DNA of 64,000 nucleotides from a virus: the IMG/VR virus record IMGVR_UViG_3300042691_037543, positions 20,737-84,736 of that record; one strand, 5' to 3'. Under the pieces are notes generated by a model. The model made no database searches. It was given only the letters and a program-made list of their open reading frames with translations, and had not been told where the DNA came from. Every line of letters begins with the position of its first letter. Within the stretch, counting starts at the first letter, position 1. Both the position numbers and the translations under genes were made by a program. Positions 18,622 to 29,200 of this stretch are shown here, one piece after another.

Positions 18622-18935
18622 CGGGCGTCTCCTTCGGCTTCGTGGATCACCACGACGGTTGCGGTGTGCGTGTAGAGCTTGATGTGCTGATGGCACGGGC
18701 GTGGTGACACGCACCGCGGGCACTCGCTCGACGTGGCGAAGTCATCTTCGGCCCACTCATACAGCGCACCTACGTCGGGGGCGCGCAGCGGGCTCTTGGC
18801 GGCGTGCTCGGGTACTTCGACGCTGCCTTCGGCGTCGTTTTCCTCGACGATCCACCCGGCGCCGTGCCTACGAATATCCACCTCGCGGCGAACTTCGTAG
18901 GTCGGAAGGTCACTGTGCGTCGGTGGTTCCGGCAT
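18612..18935 (-). CDS. Hypothetical protein
   Basis: Fills gap; CPRC...C.QH. Confidence 0.5.
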   Translation of the reverse strand: MPEPPTHSDLPTYEVRREVDIRRHGAGWIVEENDAEGSVEVPEHAAKSPLRAPDVGALYEWAEDDFATSSECPRCVSPRPCHQHIKLYTHTATVVVIHEAEGDARCN

Positions 18936-19482
18936 CGCCGCTGACCATGCACGCGAGGGCGGGCACACACGCATGGACGAGCCGTCCCCGTGGGGATAGC
19001 GCCTCGCAGCACACCGCCCCCGGCGTCGTCGAGCAGGGCTCCCCGTTCACCTCCACGGGCGTCCACCGCTGCGTCTGGCTGCACACCTCGGGGCTGTTGT
19101 TGTGGCAGCGGGTCGAGCTCGGGACACACCCCGAGGGGTTGGGTAGCCGGGGGCACGCCGCGAGCACGAGGGTCGCCAGGGTGAACACCCCGGCGAGCCA
19201 AACGAGCGACGCCCACCGAACGTGGCCCGACTGCCCCCGCGGGGGCTCCTCGGGCTTGGGCTCCGCGGGCTGAAACAGGCTGCGCCCGACGACGGGCCAC
19301 GAGAGCTTGTTCTGCGCCCCGTTGCGGGTGACCGCCGAGAGCCGGTCGATCAGCAGCTCGACGAGCGCCTTCGGGCGGCCCTTGAGCATCGGGTTGACGA
19401 GGTTCACGAGCACGAACAGCGCGACGACGCACACCTCGAAGGGGTGCGCGAGAATCCACGTCCAGACTACCTGCATGTTCAC
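18910..19482 (-). CDS. Membrane protein with internal lipobox and Cys-rich C-terminus (possible lysis/envelope protein)
   Basis: N-terminal TM, second TM ending LVLAAC, about nine Cys, GDAGTTDA tail. Confidence 0.6.
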   Translation of the reverse strand: MNMQVVWTWILAHPFEVCVVALFVLVNLVNPMLKGRPKALVELLIDRLSAVTRNGAQNKLSWPVVGRSLFQPAEPKPEEPPRGQSGHVRWASLVWLAGVFTLATLVLAACPRLPNPSGCVPSSTRCHNNSPEVCSQTQRWTPVEVNGEPCSTTPGAVCCEALSPRGRLVHACVPALACMVSGDAGTTDAQ

Positions 19483-20018
19483 GGTGCCGTACCTTTCTCG
19501 GGAGCGTGGTGCCGCCGAATCTCAGCGATCAAGTCCTCGTAGCGCCGCTCTTGCTGCTCGCGGAGTGTGCGCTCGGAGCGTAGCTCTTGCGCCATCACTT
19601 CGACGCGCGCCGCTGCGTCTTGCGCGACAGCCATCGCGCCGACGAGCTCTCTGTGGCAGTCGTCGCGCTGCCGGACAAGCTCCTCTTTTGCGACGTTCGC
19701 CGCGGCTTCGACCATCGCGATGCGCGTGTGCAGGTCACGGTTCTGGTCGAACAGCCCGCGAATCATCGCCTGCACGGTCATGTTCGACGCTTCGATCGCT
19801 GCGCGCTCCGCAATCACCTCTTGCGTGCGTACGGCGCTGACCGCCTCGAGCGTGGCTTGCTCGGTGCGCTCCTCCGCAACCCGTGCCGCGGTGAGGGACC
19901 GCACCTCGGAAGCGCGCCGCATCTCGCGTGAGCGAAAGTACCCGGCGGCGGCGCCGACGCCACCACCCGCACCGAATACTGCGCTGAGCAGCGGGATCAG
20001 TAGTTCGCTCATCGCCAT
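19479..20018 (-). CDS. TM-anchored coiled-coil protein (holin/spanin-like)
   Basis: LLIPLLSAVFGAGGGVGAAAGYF followed by a long coiled coil. Confidence 0.6.
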   Translation of the reverse strand: MAMSELLIPLLSAVFGAGGGVGAAAGYFRSREMRRASEVRSLTAARVAEERTEQATLEAVSAVRTQEVIAERAAIEASNMTVQAMIRGLFDQNRDLHTRIAMVEAAANVAKEELVRQRDDCHRELVGAMAVAQDAAARVEVMAQELRSERTLREQQERRYEDLIAEIRRHHAPEKGTAP

Positions 20019-20019
20019 G

Positions 20020-20424
20020 TCACACCCCCGCGGAGGGCTGGAGGGAGTACACGGCAAGCGGAACGACTACCGTACGGTCGCTCCCCTCGACCATCACCAC
20101 GTCGTAGACGTAGCGGCCAGGGTCCATCGTATTGTTCGCCGCGGTGACGGGGAACGTCACGACACCCCGAGCCGCGTCGGTCAGCACGCCGGCCACCGAG
20201 AACCCCGGCGGCACGGTGCGCTGGAGGGTGTTTCGCTTCACCGTGAGCGTGAGGGTTTTCCCCGTCAGGTTGTGCGGGGAGCCATCGGCGTTCACGACGT
20301 AGACCGTGACCGTGAGGTTCGACTTCGCTTGCGCGGTGAGCTGGTGCCCCGCGGGCTGCGTAAGCGCGGTGCTCAGCCGCGAGCCGTCGTAGACGATCCC
20401 GAGTAGAGTTTGTGCGTTCATCAC
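20020..20424 (-). CDS. BppU-N/Ig-like virion protein
   Basis: NLTGKTLTLTVK...DAARGVVTF...PGRYVYDV. Confidence 0.65.
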   Translation of the reverse strand: MMNAQTLLGIVYDGSRLSTALTQPAGHQLTAQAKSNLTVTVYVVNADGSPHNLTGKTLTLTVKRNTLQRTVPPGFSVAGVLTDAARGVVTFPVTAANNTMDPGRYVYDVVMVEGSDRTVVVPLAVYSLQPSAGV

Positions 20425-20759
20425 AGCCTCGCGGTGACGACGATGGTGCCGTAGCTACCGTCGTCGGGTACGACCACGACGGTAGCGCCCACGGTAACGA
20501 CGTACTGGTAGTCGTACGTCCCCGGCTGGAGGTCAGTAGTAGCGAACGTGGTGTCCACGTTGCCGTCGGTGGCGGGGGATACGACCGAAGGGGTTTTCGT
20601 GACGCGCACGCCGAGGTCGCGGTGCTTCGCAACGAGGCTCACGGTAGCCGCGGTCAGGTCGATCGGCTCCCCGCCCTGTGTCAGCGTGTCGCGCAGCACG
20701 GGGAGGGTGGCGCCCTCGCTGATATAGAACTCGCTCAGGCACCCGCAGCTCATGGTCAA
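20421..20759 (-). CDS. BppU-N/Ig-like virion protein (similar to neighbour)
   Basis: GATLP.L..TL...PIDLTAATV...G.V....DL.PGTY.YQ..VT. Confidence 0.65.
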   Translation of the reverse strand: MTMSCGCLSEFYISEGATLPVLRDTLTQGGEPIDLTAATVSLVAKHRDLGVRVTKTPSVVSPATDGNVDTTFATTDLQPGTYDYQYVVTVGATVVVVPDDGSYGTIVVTARL

Positions 20760-21775
20760 CGCCTCCGTCGGAAGGACGATACCGCGCGAAGGCGCCCCAC
20801 GGCAGTCGTGGTCGTGCGCTCCGCGGCGAGGGCTTCCGTCGTCTCTCGGCCAACGCCGACGGCGGCTGTGCTCGGGCGCTGCTGTGGGGTGAGCGCGGTC
20901 GTCGTACGCGGGGCGAGGCGGAACACGCGCAGCGCCCCGACGACGTATCCGACTCCGGCGGCCTGCGCGGAGAGGCCCGCGCGGTTTACGAGTGTGCCGG
21001 CGGCGCTGGACGTACCCGTGGAGACGGCCGCGAGTGCGCGCAGTGCGCTGAGAGCCCCTGCAACGGTGGCCGCACCGTCGGCGTGCGCCGAGAGGTAGAC
21101 CGCGCGGGATAGACTGCCGCTGACGACAGCGCTTCCGGCAGCACTGCCGGCGAGGATGCGCGTCGCGACGAGGCGCCCTTCTGCGGTGGCGTCGCCGTCC
21201 GAAGAGCCGGCGAGTAGGCGCGCGACGCCGAGGGTTCCGCCGGCCGTGGCGGCGCCGTTGGCCGCGCCAGCCAGGGTTCGCGTCGCCGCGAGCGCGCCGG
21301 AGACAGTGGCTACGCCGTCCGCGCGTCCTGTGAGGAGGCGCAGGATGGCGAGGGTTCCGGCCGCAGTCGCTTCACCCGCACTCGCCGCAGCAAGACCACG
21401 GGTCGCGGCCAAGGCGCCGGCAACGGTCGCCACGCCGTCGGACTGGCCGGCGAGAGACTTTGCCGTAGCGAGGGTTCCGCTGGCGGTCGCGGCACCATCG
21501 GCGCTCGCGGAGAGATCGCGGAGAGCTCCGAGGGTCGCACTGGCTGTCGCTACACCGTCTGCGCGGCCCGCGAGTTGAGCGAGTACGCCGAGTGCTCCTC
21601 CCGCGGTGGCTACACCCGCAGAGCTCCCCGCCAGGGTGCGCGTAACGGCGAGCGCCCCGCCGGCCGTAGCAACGCCTGCGGAGGAGCCCGCGAGATCGAC
21701 CGTCGCGCCCGCGTTCGAGAGGGCAACGTCGAAACCGCCGGCCCCGTTGTCGCGTAGCGAAACGTCGAAACTCAC
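20756..21775 (-). CDS. Ala/Gly-rich repeat protein, 13 x 20-aa repeats (fibre-like)
   Basis: Unit xLAGxAxGxATAxGxLxxxR repeated 13 times. Confidence 0.75.
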   Translation of the reverse strand: MSFDVSLRDNGAGGFDVALSNAGATVDLAGSSAGVATAGGALAVTRTLAGSSAGVATAGGALGVLAQLAGRADGVATASATLGALRDLSASADGAATASGTLATAKSLAGQSDGVATVAGALAATRGLAAASAGEATAAGTLAILRLLTGRADGVATVSGALAATRTLAGAANGAATAGGTLGVARLLAGSSDGDATAEGRLVATRILAGSAAGSAVVSGSLSRAVYLSAHADGAATVAGALSALRALAAVSTGTSSAAGTLVNRAGLSAQAAGVGYVVGALRVFRLAPRTTTALTPQQRPSTAAVGVGRETTEALAAERTTTTAVGRLRAVSSFRRRR

Positions 21776-21786
21776 GGCGCGCCTCC

Positions 21787-23769
21787 CTAGGTCAGCGTAG
21801 CCGTTGCGTTGTCGCTCCGACCGAGGTGGGTGGAGTCCTCGCGGGCTGAAACGAACGTGGGGTTGACGTTCGTATCGACGAGCGCGGTGTACGAGCCGTC
21901 ACCGCTGCGGTTCGTCTCGCCCGTGAGTTCGTTGAGTACCGCGTCGTACGCGAGCAGGGTCACCGTACCGCCCGAGCTCCCCGTGACGTTGCCAGTCGCG
22001 GCATAGCGGTAGGCGTGCCACGTCACCCACACGCCCGTTCCCATTCGGTACGTCGCGGTGACCGTGCGCAGCCGGTAGTTGCGCGCCGTCTCGATGTTCG
22101 CGCGCCCGGTGATCGTCGGGCGGTAGTTGAAGAATTCCGTGACAACGTGCGTCGCGCCGTACGTCCCGAGCTCGGCGTCGAGCACGACGTACACGGTTGG
22201 GATCGCGTGCGTCCACCCGTAGGAGTTGAACTCCCCCGACTGGTTTGCGAACTGGAGAACGAGCGCGTTCGTGGCGCCGACGCGCCCCTCGAACTGGTAG
22301 CCCACGTTCAGCAGCCGGTAGCTGCTCTCGGGAATGACCGGCGTGCGCATCCCCGAGCTGATCGTAGTGATCGTCGGCTGCGCGCCGCTCGTCGGAGCGG
22401 CCTGCTCCAGCAGCCAGTAGGTCGAGTGCGAGCCGCGGAACGCCGCCGGGGAGCCTCCCTCCGTCGCGATGTCCGACTCGTAGTTGAGGTAGATCACCCC
22501 GTACTGCACCGAAAACGTCGTGGCAGCCGTCGTGTACTGCCGCGCGGAGCAGTTGTTGTTGCCGCGCACGAGAGTGATCGACGAGTTGTGGTCGATCCGG
22601 TGGATGACCGACGAGCCGCCCGAGTTCGTCAGGTTCGCGAGAGTGTAGCTTCGCTCGGCCTGCGCACCGGCCCACATGCGGAACGTGGCGCCCGCGGGCG
22701 CGTTCCCGCGAATCTGCACGCCGCTCTGTTTCAGCGTGATCGTGCCCGCGTCCTCGATCCAGAGCGCTTGCCCAACGTCCTCGGCGTCCGCGGTGGTCGT
22801 GGCCTGGACGTAGATGTTCTCGTCGCCAAGGCTACACGGCAGCACGAGCGAGTTGAGCACCCTCGTCGTGGTCGTCGGGTTGTACTCGTAGGTGACGACG
22901 AGCAGCGCGCCGCAGCACTCGAAGCGCCCGGTGAGCCCGCCGCGGGCCTTTGCCGCGTGCGCGCTCGCGGTGCTGTAGGTCGCCGTGTCATAGGGGATCA
23001 GATCGCGGTAGTAGGCGCCGCCGTTGAGCGCGCCCTCGCGAAACCCGCGAACCAGCTCAGGGTCGCTGTCGATGGCGAAGTAGAAGATGAAGTCCGTCGT
23101 TGCGGCTGCGGCGTCGTTGCACTCGACGATGAAGTACGCCTGCCGGATCACCTTGCTGGCTTCGGGAAGGAAGGTGTCGAGGGCCGGAATCTGGTTCGCC
23201 GGGGCGTTGTTCGTGCCGCCCGTCGTGCCGAACTCTTGCAACACCGCCGTGAGCGTCGTGTGGTGCGACTGCAGCGGGATCACCACGGTCTTGAGCTCCG
23301 CGGTGATGCCCGCGTCGTCGTACTCGTAGGTGATGAACAACTCACACGTCAGCAGCCCGACGAACACTGCGGCGCTCGCCTGCGCGACGAACGACCACTC
23401 GCAGGTCTGCGAAGCGCCCGCGCCGAAATTCGTGACGAAGTAACTCGTCACGTCGCGCGTGAACCCAATCACGCTCTCGGGGTCGCCTGTGTTGGTTTGC
23501 GCCGTCGGCGTCCAATCTTGGTCGCTCACCGCGACGGCGCCGAGCTTGATGCCCAGGCGCACGCCGGTCAGGTTCGACGCAATCGCCGCTTCCCAGTTGA
23601 AAGAAACGACCATCGCCACGCTGCGGATAGTGCGCGAGGTCGTCTCGGGGAGATGGATTGTCGTCGCCGCGCTGTTGAACCGCGTGCTCGCCGCGAACGT
23701 GGTGTCCGCGGTGATCGACAAGACGCGGGTTTCGAGCGCGTAGCGGACCGTCTTGGTGCGCAGCGCCAC
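21787..23769 (-). CDS. Large beta-rich virion/tail protein
   Basis: 660 aa Thr/Ala-rich ORF in the tail module with an internally repeated domain (KTVRYAL / KTVVIPL / NSLVLPC). Confidence 0.7.
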   Translation of the reverse strand: MALRTKTVRYALETRVLSITADTTFAASTRFNSAATTIHLPETTSRTIRSVAMVVSFNWEAAIASNLTGVRLGIKLGAVAVSDQDWTPTAQTNTGDPESVIGFTRDVTSYFVTNFGAGASQTCEWSFVAQASAAVFVGLLTCELFITYEYDDAGITAELKTVVIPLQSHHTTLTAVLQEFGTTGGTNNAPANQIPALDTFLPEASKVIRQAYFIVECNDAAAATTDFIFYFAIDSDPELVRGFREGALNGGAYYRDLIPYDTATYSTASAHAAKARGGLTGRFECCGALLVVTYEYNPTTTTRVLNSLVLPCSLGDENIYVQATTTADAEDVGQALWIEDAGTITLKQSGVQIRGNAPAGATFRMWAGAQAERSYTLANLTNSGGSSVIHRIDHNSSITLVRGNNNCSARQYTTAATTFSVQYGVIYLNYESDIATEGGSPAAFRGSHSTYWLLEQAAPTSGAQPTITTISSGMRTPVIPESSYRLLNVGYQFEGRVGATNALVLQFANQSGEFNSYGWTHAIPTVYVVLDAELGTYGATHVVTEFFNYRPTITGRANIETARNYRLRTVTATYRMGTGVWVTWHAYRYAATGNVTGSSGGTVTLLAYDAVLNELTGETNRSGDGSYTALVDTNVNPTFVSAREDSTHLGRSDNATATLT

Positions 23770-23772
23770 GGA

Positions 23773-24177
23773 TCACGTCTCCGTGATGTCGAGCTCACCC
23801 GCGGCGAACTGCGCCGTGTCGCCGCTGCCGATCGCCTTCGGCGTCGTCAGGTCGCCCCAGTAGAGCATGTTGCCGCCGCTGCTCGCGTCCATGATCGCGA
23901 ACGCAACGACGGTGCCCCACGAAGCGGATGCCGTGGTGAACGAGATCGTCGAGGTGTTCGCGGTGGCGCCGCCCGACGCGGCGTCCCACGTCCCACCCGC
24001 GCGGGAGACGGCGGCGCGGGCGTAGCTCCCGCCCGTCACCTCGGTCCCGCCCCCGGCGTCCGTCGGGGCGACGGTGAACAGCGCGACGTACAGCGTGCCG
24101 GGGAGGCTCAGCGCTACGCCGCGCAGGAGGTCGTTGAGCAGGTTGTTCGAGAAAGCGGTGGTCTTGCTACCGGCCAT
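23773..24177 (-). CDS. Small conserved phage tail/fibre-associated protein
   Basis: LYVALFT..PTDAGGGTEV.GGSYAR...WGTV.AFAI.DASSGGN.L.WG.L...K.I.SGD...F.AG.L. Confidence 0.8.
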   Translation of the reverse strand: MAGSKTTAFSNNLLNDLLRGVALSLPGTLYVALFTVAPTDAGGGTEVTGGSYARAAVSRAGGTWDAASGGATANTSTISFTTASASWGTVVAFAIMDASSGGNMLYWGDLTTPKAIGSGDTAQFAAGELDITET

Positions 24178-24769
24178 GCGCGGACGATAGCACGGTCAGT
24201 AGCCGCACATCCGCGTGGCGCAGGTACACGTCGAGGCTCAGTCCGTCGCCGAGGTCAGGGATACGCGGAGCGAGGATCGCGGGGCCGAACACCTCCTCAT
24301 GGCAGTCGGCTACCTCGCTGGGGAACGCACAGACATGGCCGAGCCAGCGGTGACGGTCCCAGGTCAGCCAGTGGAGCAGCTCGTGGGTCGCCACCCACGC
24401 GAGCACGTCCTCACTCGGCGTACACGCCGGGTCGATCTCGACGTACCGCGCCCCCGCGACGTACCGCCCCGAGCCCTCCACCGCGCAGCTCGACGCCGGG
24501 TAGGCGTAGATCACCACGTCCGCGCTCCCGGTGCCGCTCGCGACCCAGGTATCGCCCGTCGCAGCGAGCACGCGGAGCACGCGACCGAGGAGCACTTCGC
24601 GCTGCTCGGGTCGCCATCCCGTCGTGCCGTCGAGACTGTCCTCCGCTGCGACGCGGATTGTGCGCCCGGTGAGTCGCGCGTGAAACTCCTCCGCGGGGCA
24701 CGCGAGGAGTAGCGCGCTGAGGAGAATCGCGACGGCTACGCGCAGGGCGGTCGCCAAGGAGTGCGTCAC
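24167..24769 (-). CDS. Lipoprotein with HEXXH metallopeptidase motif
   Basis: Signal peptide plus lipobox LLLAC; VATHELLH......GH. Confidence 0.65.
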   Translation of the reverse strand: MTHSLATALRVAVAILLSALLLACPAEEFHARLTGRTIRVAAEDSLDGTTGWRPEQREVLLGRVLRVLAATGDTWVASGTGSADVVIYAYPASSCAVEGSGRYVAGARYVEIDPACTPSEDVLAWVATHELLHWLTWDRHRWLGHVCAFPSEVADCHEEVFGPAILAPRIPDLGDGLSLDVYLRHADVRLLTVLSSAHGR

Positions 24770-25098
24770 GGCCGAGGCCCACGCCCCGGGGGCCATCCGA
24801 AGGGGGGCTCTTTCGAGTCCGCGGGAGCCTTGAATGCGGTTGGCTCCGCGTTCTCTGCTACACGAAGCACGGCACGCTCCTCACCGCGCAGGCGCGCTTC
24901 AAACTCGGGCGGGATGATCGCCTCACCGGCTGCGTCTACCTCGACCGCCTCGGTCGTAGCGCAGAGGTGCAACGGGACGTGGTGGCCACCGCCCGCACGA
25001 TCCGCCTCCGTAGCCTGCTTCGGGTAGCCGAGCTCCGTGCGCAGTCGCGCGCGCAGTCCGTCCACTACTTCCTTCGGTGGAGGAACTCGCTTTGCCAT
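24766..25098 (-). CDS. Hypothetical protein
   Basis: Coupled between neighbours. Confidence 0.55.
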   Translation of the reverse strand: MAKRVPPPKEVVDGLRARLRTELGYPKQATEADRAGGGHHVPLHLCATTEAVEVDAAGEAIIPPEFEARLRGEERAVLRVAENAEPTAFKAPADSKEPPFGWPPGRGPRP

Positions 25099-25099
25099 C

Positions 25100-25909
25100 T
25101 CAGTACCCCAGGTCGTAGATGAGGATTCCGTACCGAGCGCCGATATACGCGCGAACACGGCGCCGCTCCGCGAGGGTGAGCTCTCGGCTGAAACCGATGA
25201 TCTCGCAGTAGGAGTTTTCAACGCCGACGGCGACACCCGGTTGCTCTCGCCCGAGGAACGCCGGGAACGACGGGTCCGCGGTATCCACAGCCGCCGCGAG
25301 CACGCCGTCCGCTCGGTACAGCCACCCGTCGGAGAGGGTGAGTAGCTTCGTCGTGGCGCCGGGGGTCCACAGCCACTCGTCTACGCGCCAGCCCGAGCCG
25401 TACACGCTCCCGGTGGTCGTGGCATTCATCGGGTAAGGCGCACCGGCCGCGCGAACATTCACGAATTGCTGGTAATCCGCGATGCGCCTGTACAGGTTAC
25501 CGACGCGCCCAATCCCACCGTCGCACGTCGCGAGGTGCGTGCTGAACGACGTGAACGACGGCGCGCTCGTCACGACGAAGACGTGCGAGTTCGGCGTGTG
25601 GAGCCACTTCCAGTCGCTCGCCGCAGTCACCGCTTGCATGAAGCGCGTGTTGCCGATGGAGAGCGACGGAAGGCCACGACCACCACCCGCCGCACTGTAC
25701 GGAGGCTGCGCGCCCGCGGTGTTCTGCACGAAGTCCCGCCCGTTGCCGCTCTGGTCCGCCCACGCAACGACGTTCGCGCCATTGAAAGTCAAGCCCAAGT
25801 CAGAGCGCAGCCAAAGTGCGGGGGCGAGCGAGAGCATGGAGAACGACGCCCCAGCGAGGACGCCCTCGACGTTGAGTAGTCGGCCGCCGCTACTAAGGAG
25901 CTCGGGCAC
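25100..25909 (-). CDS. LamG/ConA-like carbohydrate-binding virion protein
   Basis: LWLRSD.G.....V.AWADQSGNGRD..Q...QP and EII.FSRELT..ER..V..YI..RY. Confidence 0.75.
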   Translation of the reverse strand: MPELLSSGGRLLNVEGVLAGASFSMLSLAPALWLRSDLGLTFNGANVVAWADQSGNGRDFVQNTAGAQPPYSAAGGGRGLPSLSIGNTRFMQAVTAASDWKWLHTPNSHVFVVTSAPSFTSFSTHLATCDGGIGRVGNLYRRIADYQQFVNVRAAGAPYPMNATTTGSVYGSGWRVDEWLWTPGATTKLLTLSDGWLYRADGVLAAAVDTADPSFPAFLGREQPGVAVGVENSYCEIIGFSRELTLAERRRVRAYIGARYGILIYDLGY

Positions 25910-25912
25910 GGC

Positions 25913-26197
25913 TCAGCTCTCCGCGATGATCTGGACGACGAGCCCCGTGGCAGAGGCCGCGCGCTTGAACCAGAGCTTCGTCACGCCCTGCTTGAAAACC
26001 ATGCCGGCGCTCGGCGTCCCCGGTGTGAACTGCGCATGGTCCGTCACGCCGTCGTAGCTCATCAGCGCCGCCACGCTCGGGTGCTCGTTGATGACGGCGA
26101 GCGACTTGGGGACGAAGGGAATCGTCACCGAGGGCGAGCCGGCCGCGGGGTACGCGGAGACGGCATCGAGGGTCACGGTCGTGCGGTACTGAGCCAT
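25913..26197 (-). CDS. Small beta-rich hypothetical virion protein
   Basis: 94 aa ORF in the tail module. Confidence 0.6.
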   Translation of the reverse strand: MAQYRTTVTLDAVSAYPAAGSPSVTIPFVPKSLAVINEHPSVAALMSYDGVTDHAQFTPGTPSAGMVFKQGVTKLWFKRAASATGLVVQIIAES

Positions 26198-26215
26198 GCC
26201 GGCGAGCGTAGCGCG

Positions 26216-29200
26216 CTACGGCTCGAACACCAATTCCGCACTGTAGAGGGCTTTCGGCGAGGTGTTCCCGCCGTTATCACCGTCCACCGTGACCGTGAAA
26301 ATGTCGCCGTCGGCCGGCGGCCAGTTCGACCCGCCAAGGGTGTTGAGGTTCGGCGACACGAGCTCGACGAGCGCTAGGGAACTCGACTCCAAGTAGAACT
26401 GCCCCACGTCGAGCTCCACGGCGCCGACTGTGCTGTTGTACAGCCGCACGCGGACGTTCTCGGTGATGTCGGTCGTCGCGACGACGCATCGGAAGTAGGC
26501 CGCGCCGCTGTTGTCGTGCTCGGCGGTACGAAACACGTCGCCACCGCCGGTTACCTCCGCGTTGATCGCTTCGAGATACGCCTTGTGCAGCGTCAGAATC
26601 GTCCTCGTCGCCGCGGGAGAGCTGCCCGCCCCGAGGTGCGACGCGAGGATCAGCCATCCGCTCGACGGGGTGCCGTCGGTGTACGCGCCGAGCTCGTACG
26701 AGTCGTTCCACTTGAGCGTGATGTTGCTGCTCTTGTAGTCGATGGTCGTGCCGCTGAATCGCGCGAGCGTCAGGTCGGTCTTGTAGGTCGGCCCGGTGTA
26801 CTTCACCCGCAGCTTGCGCCCGTGCGAGAGCTCGGTCGGGTTCGGCAGCGTCACCGTGAACGTGGTCGCGCCCGCGGGGATGATGAGCGCGTACGTCGTG
26901 CTCGGCGCGATGCTCGCCGTGCCCGTGATTACTTGGAGTACCTCGTCGTGCACCGACGTGTACCCGTTGATTGAGATGCCGGCCTTCGTCTTGTAGGGGA
27001 TCGTCGAGCTGGCGCCGATGACCGAGTAGTGCCCGCCCACTTGCACGCTGCCCGAAGCGTCGCTGGTGTTGAACAGATACGAAGTGCTGTTGCCGCTCGC
27101 GAAGACGTGGTTGCCGAGGAGCTTCACCACGGAGCTGCCCGACAGCATGAACATGCTGTTTTCGGTCGCGGTAAGCGCCGCCGTGATCGCGTTCACGCCT
27201 GGGAACAACACGAGCTCGGATGCGCCCGCGAGCTTGAACTGCCCGTTCGTCGTCGTGATCTCGGGATGGAGAATCCCGAGGTACGTCAGACCGCCCGCGG
27301 AGGAGTCGAGCACCGGGGGCTGCGCGCTCGACGAGTTCGTAGTCGTCGCCGAGCGCACGCGGACGTTGATCTGCCCACCGATGTTTTCAAACGCACCGAC
27401 GCTGCTCGACGACGTGCACGCGACGCGCTCGAACGTCCCAACAAGCGCCGCCACAACCGCATCGGTCTTGACGCGGATCGCGCCGACGGAGCCAGACCCG
27501 TTGGCCTGCACGCTCACGTCGTCCACGAACATGATCGCGGCAGCCTTGTCACCCGCGGGGTTAACAAGGATGCCTTCGTTCGTCCCGGTGTTTTCGACCG
27601 TGAGGTGCGCCGCGCCGCAGTAGTCGATATCCGTCGGGCCGTACGAACTGTCTGTCGTGAACGTCGCGGTGATGCGCGTAACGACGGTCACATCGCGGCA
27701 GCCCGCGAGCCCTGTGACGAACCACCCCGGTTCAAGCACCACGGTTTCCGCGTACGTTCCCGGCAGGAACACGAACACGCACGGGTTGTCGGCGTTCGTG
27801 TGACCGTCGGTCTGCGCCTGCGCCTTCGCCGCCGCGTACGTCGCGAACTGCGGGCTCGCGCCGTAAGGGCCGACGCCCGCAGCGCCGATGATGTACTCCG
27901 GCAACACTCCGCGGCTGCCGATGGGTACCCACGCCGAGCCCGTGTAGAACTCGAACTGCCCCGTCGTGGTGTTGTAGATGAGCAGCGACGTAGCGGGCGA
28001 CGCGATGGCGTTGCGCTGCGTCGTCGTCATGCGCGGGATGAGCAGACCCTTCGTGGTCGAGTTCATCTCCAGCATCGCCGTCGTAACAGGCGTCGTGCCG
28101 AGGCCGAGCGACGTTTCGATGCGCGCGGAGCCCGCGCCGGGGTCCGTCGTCGTGCCCACCATCAAGCCCTGCACCACACGCACGCGGTCGGTCGCGTTCG
28201 TGCGCAGGATGATCGGGTTCGCTCCGGTGGCTTCGAGCGTCAGCTCCGCGTTGCCGAGGAGCGTTCTCCCCGTAGCCATTTGCAGGTTGGCGTCGAAGGT
28301 CTTGACGCCCGTGATGGTCTGCGCGCCCGCGAGCTTGACGTAGAGCGCGTCGTTATTTCCTTCGAGGATTGTCCCGGCCGTCGTGCCGAATGTAACCCCA
28401 AGGGTGAACGAGGCCCCGGTGCCTCCTCCCGTGAGCGGCGCGCTGGTGTTGATCGTGATGGAGCTCGCCGGGGGCGCGGCCCAGGTAGGCGCCGAGCCGG
28501 CGCCGTTCGTCTGGAGGAGGTAGCCCGCGGTGCCGGGGGCGAGGCGCACCCACCCAGAGGCGTTCCGGTAGAGCAAGTCGCCGTGCGCTTCGCTCGCGAC
28601 GCTGAACGAGAGGTTGAAGGTCGAGCCGGTGGCGCCACCTTGCAGCGGCGACGCGGTGTTGATGGTGACGGAGCTCGACGCGGGGGTAGCCCACGCCGGC
28701 ACACCGCCGGAGACGGTGAGCACCTGCCCCGCGCTCCCGATCCCGAGGCGCTGCCACGTCCCACCTGCGCGGCGAACAATGTCGCCGTCCGCCTGCCCGG
28801 TGAACTGGAACGAGAGCGTGCGGTTGGCGCTCAGGTCTACCGCGGAGTGAACGCCCGCGACGGCGATGGGCTCGGCGCCCGTGAGCGTGCGAGTGAGCGG
28901 AACGAACGCACCGTCGAAGTCGGGGAACGCACCGTCCCACCACAGCGAGTACGGGCCGGAGCCTGCGGCGACGTGGCCGACGATCCGGCGAACCGTACCC
29001 TGCGTCGCCGAGAGCGTGCCCGAGTCGTCGAGGTAGACGAGGGCGCCCACCGCGGGGCTGCCGGCGACGCTGAGCCCTTGCGCGAGGCCCACCGTGCGAA
29101 CCTGAAAGAGCTTGCCGGCGGTGATCGCGCCGCCGTCTACCGACTGCACGACCACGCCGAGCATCCCGCGGCAATTCGCCGCCGTCGTGGCGTTCGCCGA

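Noticed and set aside
20756-21775. Repeats as a diversity-generating retroelement or DNA repeat array
   Set aside because: Repeats are conserved at protein level with synonymous divergence; no reverse transcriptase in the window
22015-24672. 885-aa plus-strand ORF
   Set aside because: Antisense shadow of tail genes; Arg-rich and motif-free, as expected in high-GC DNA
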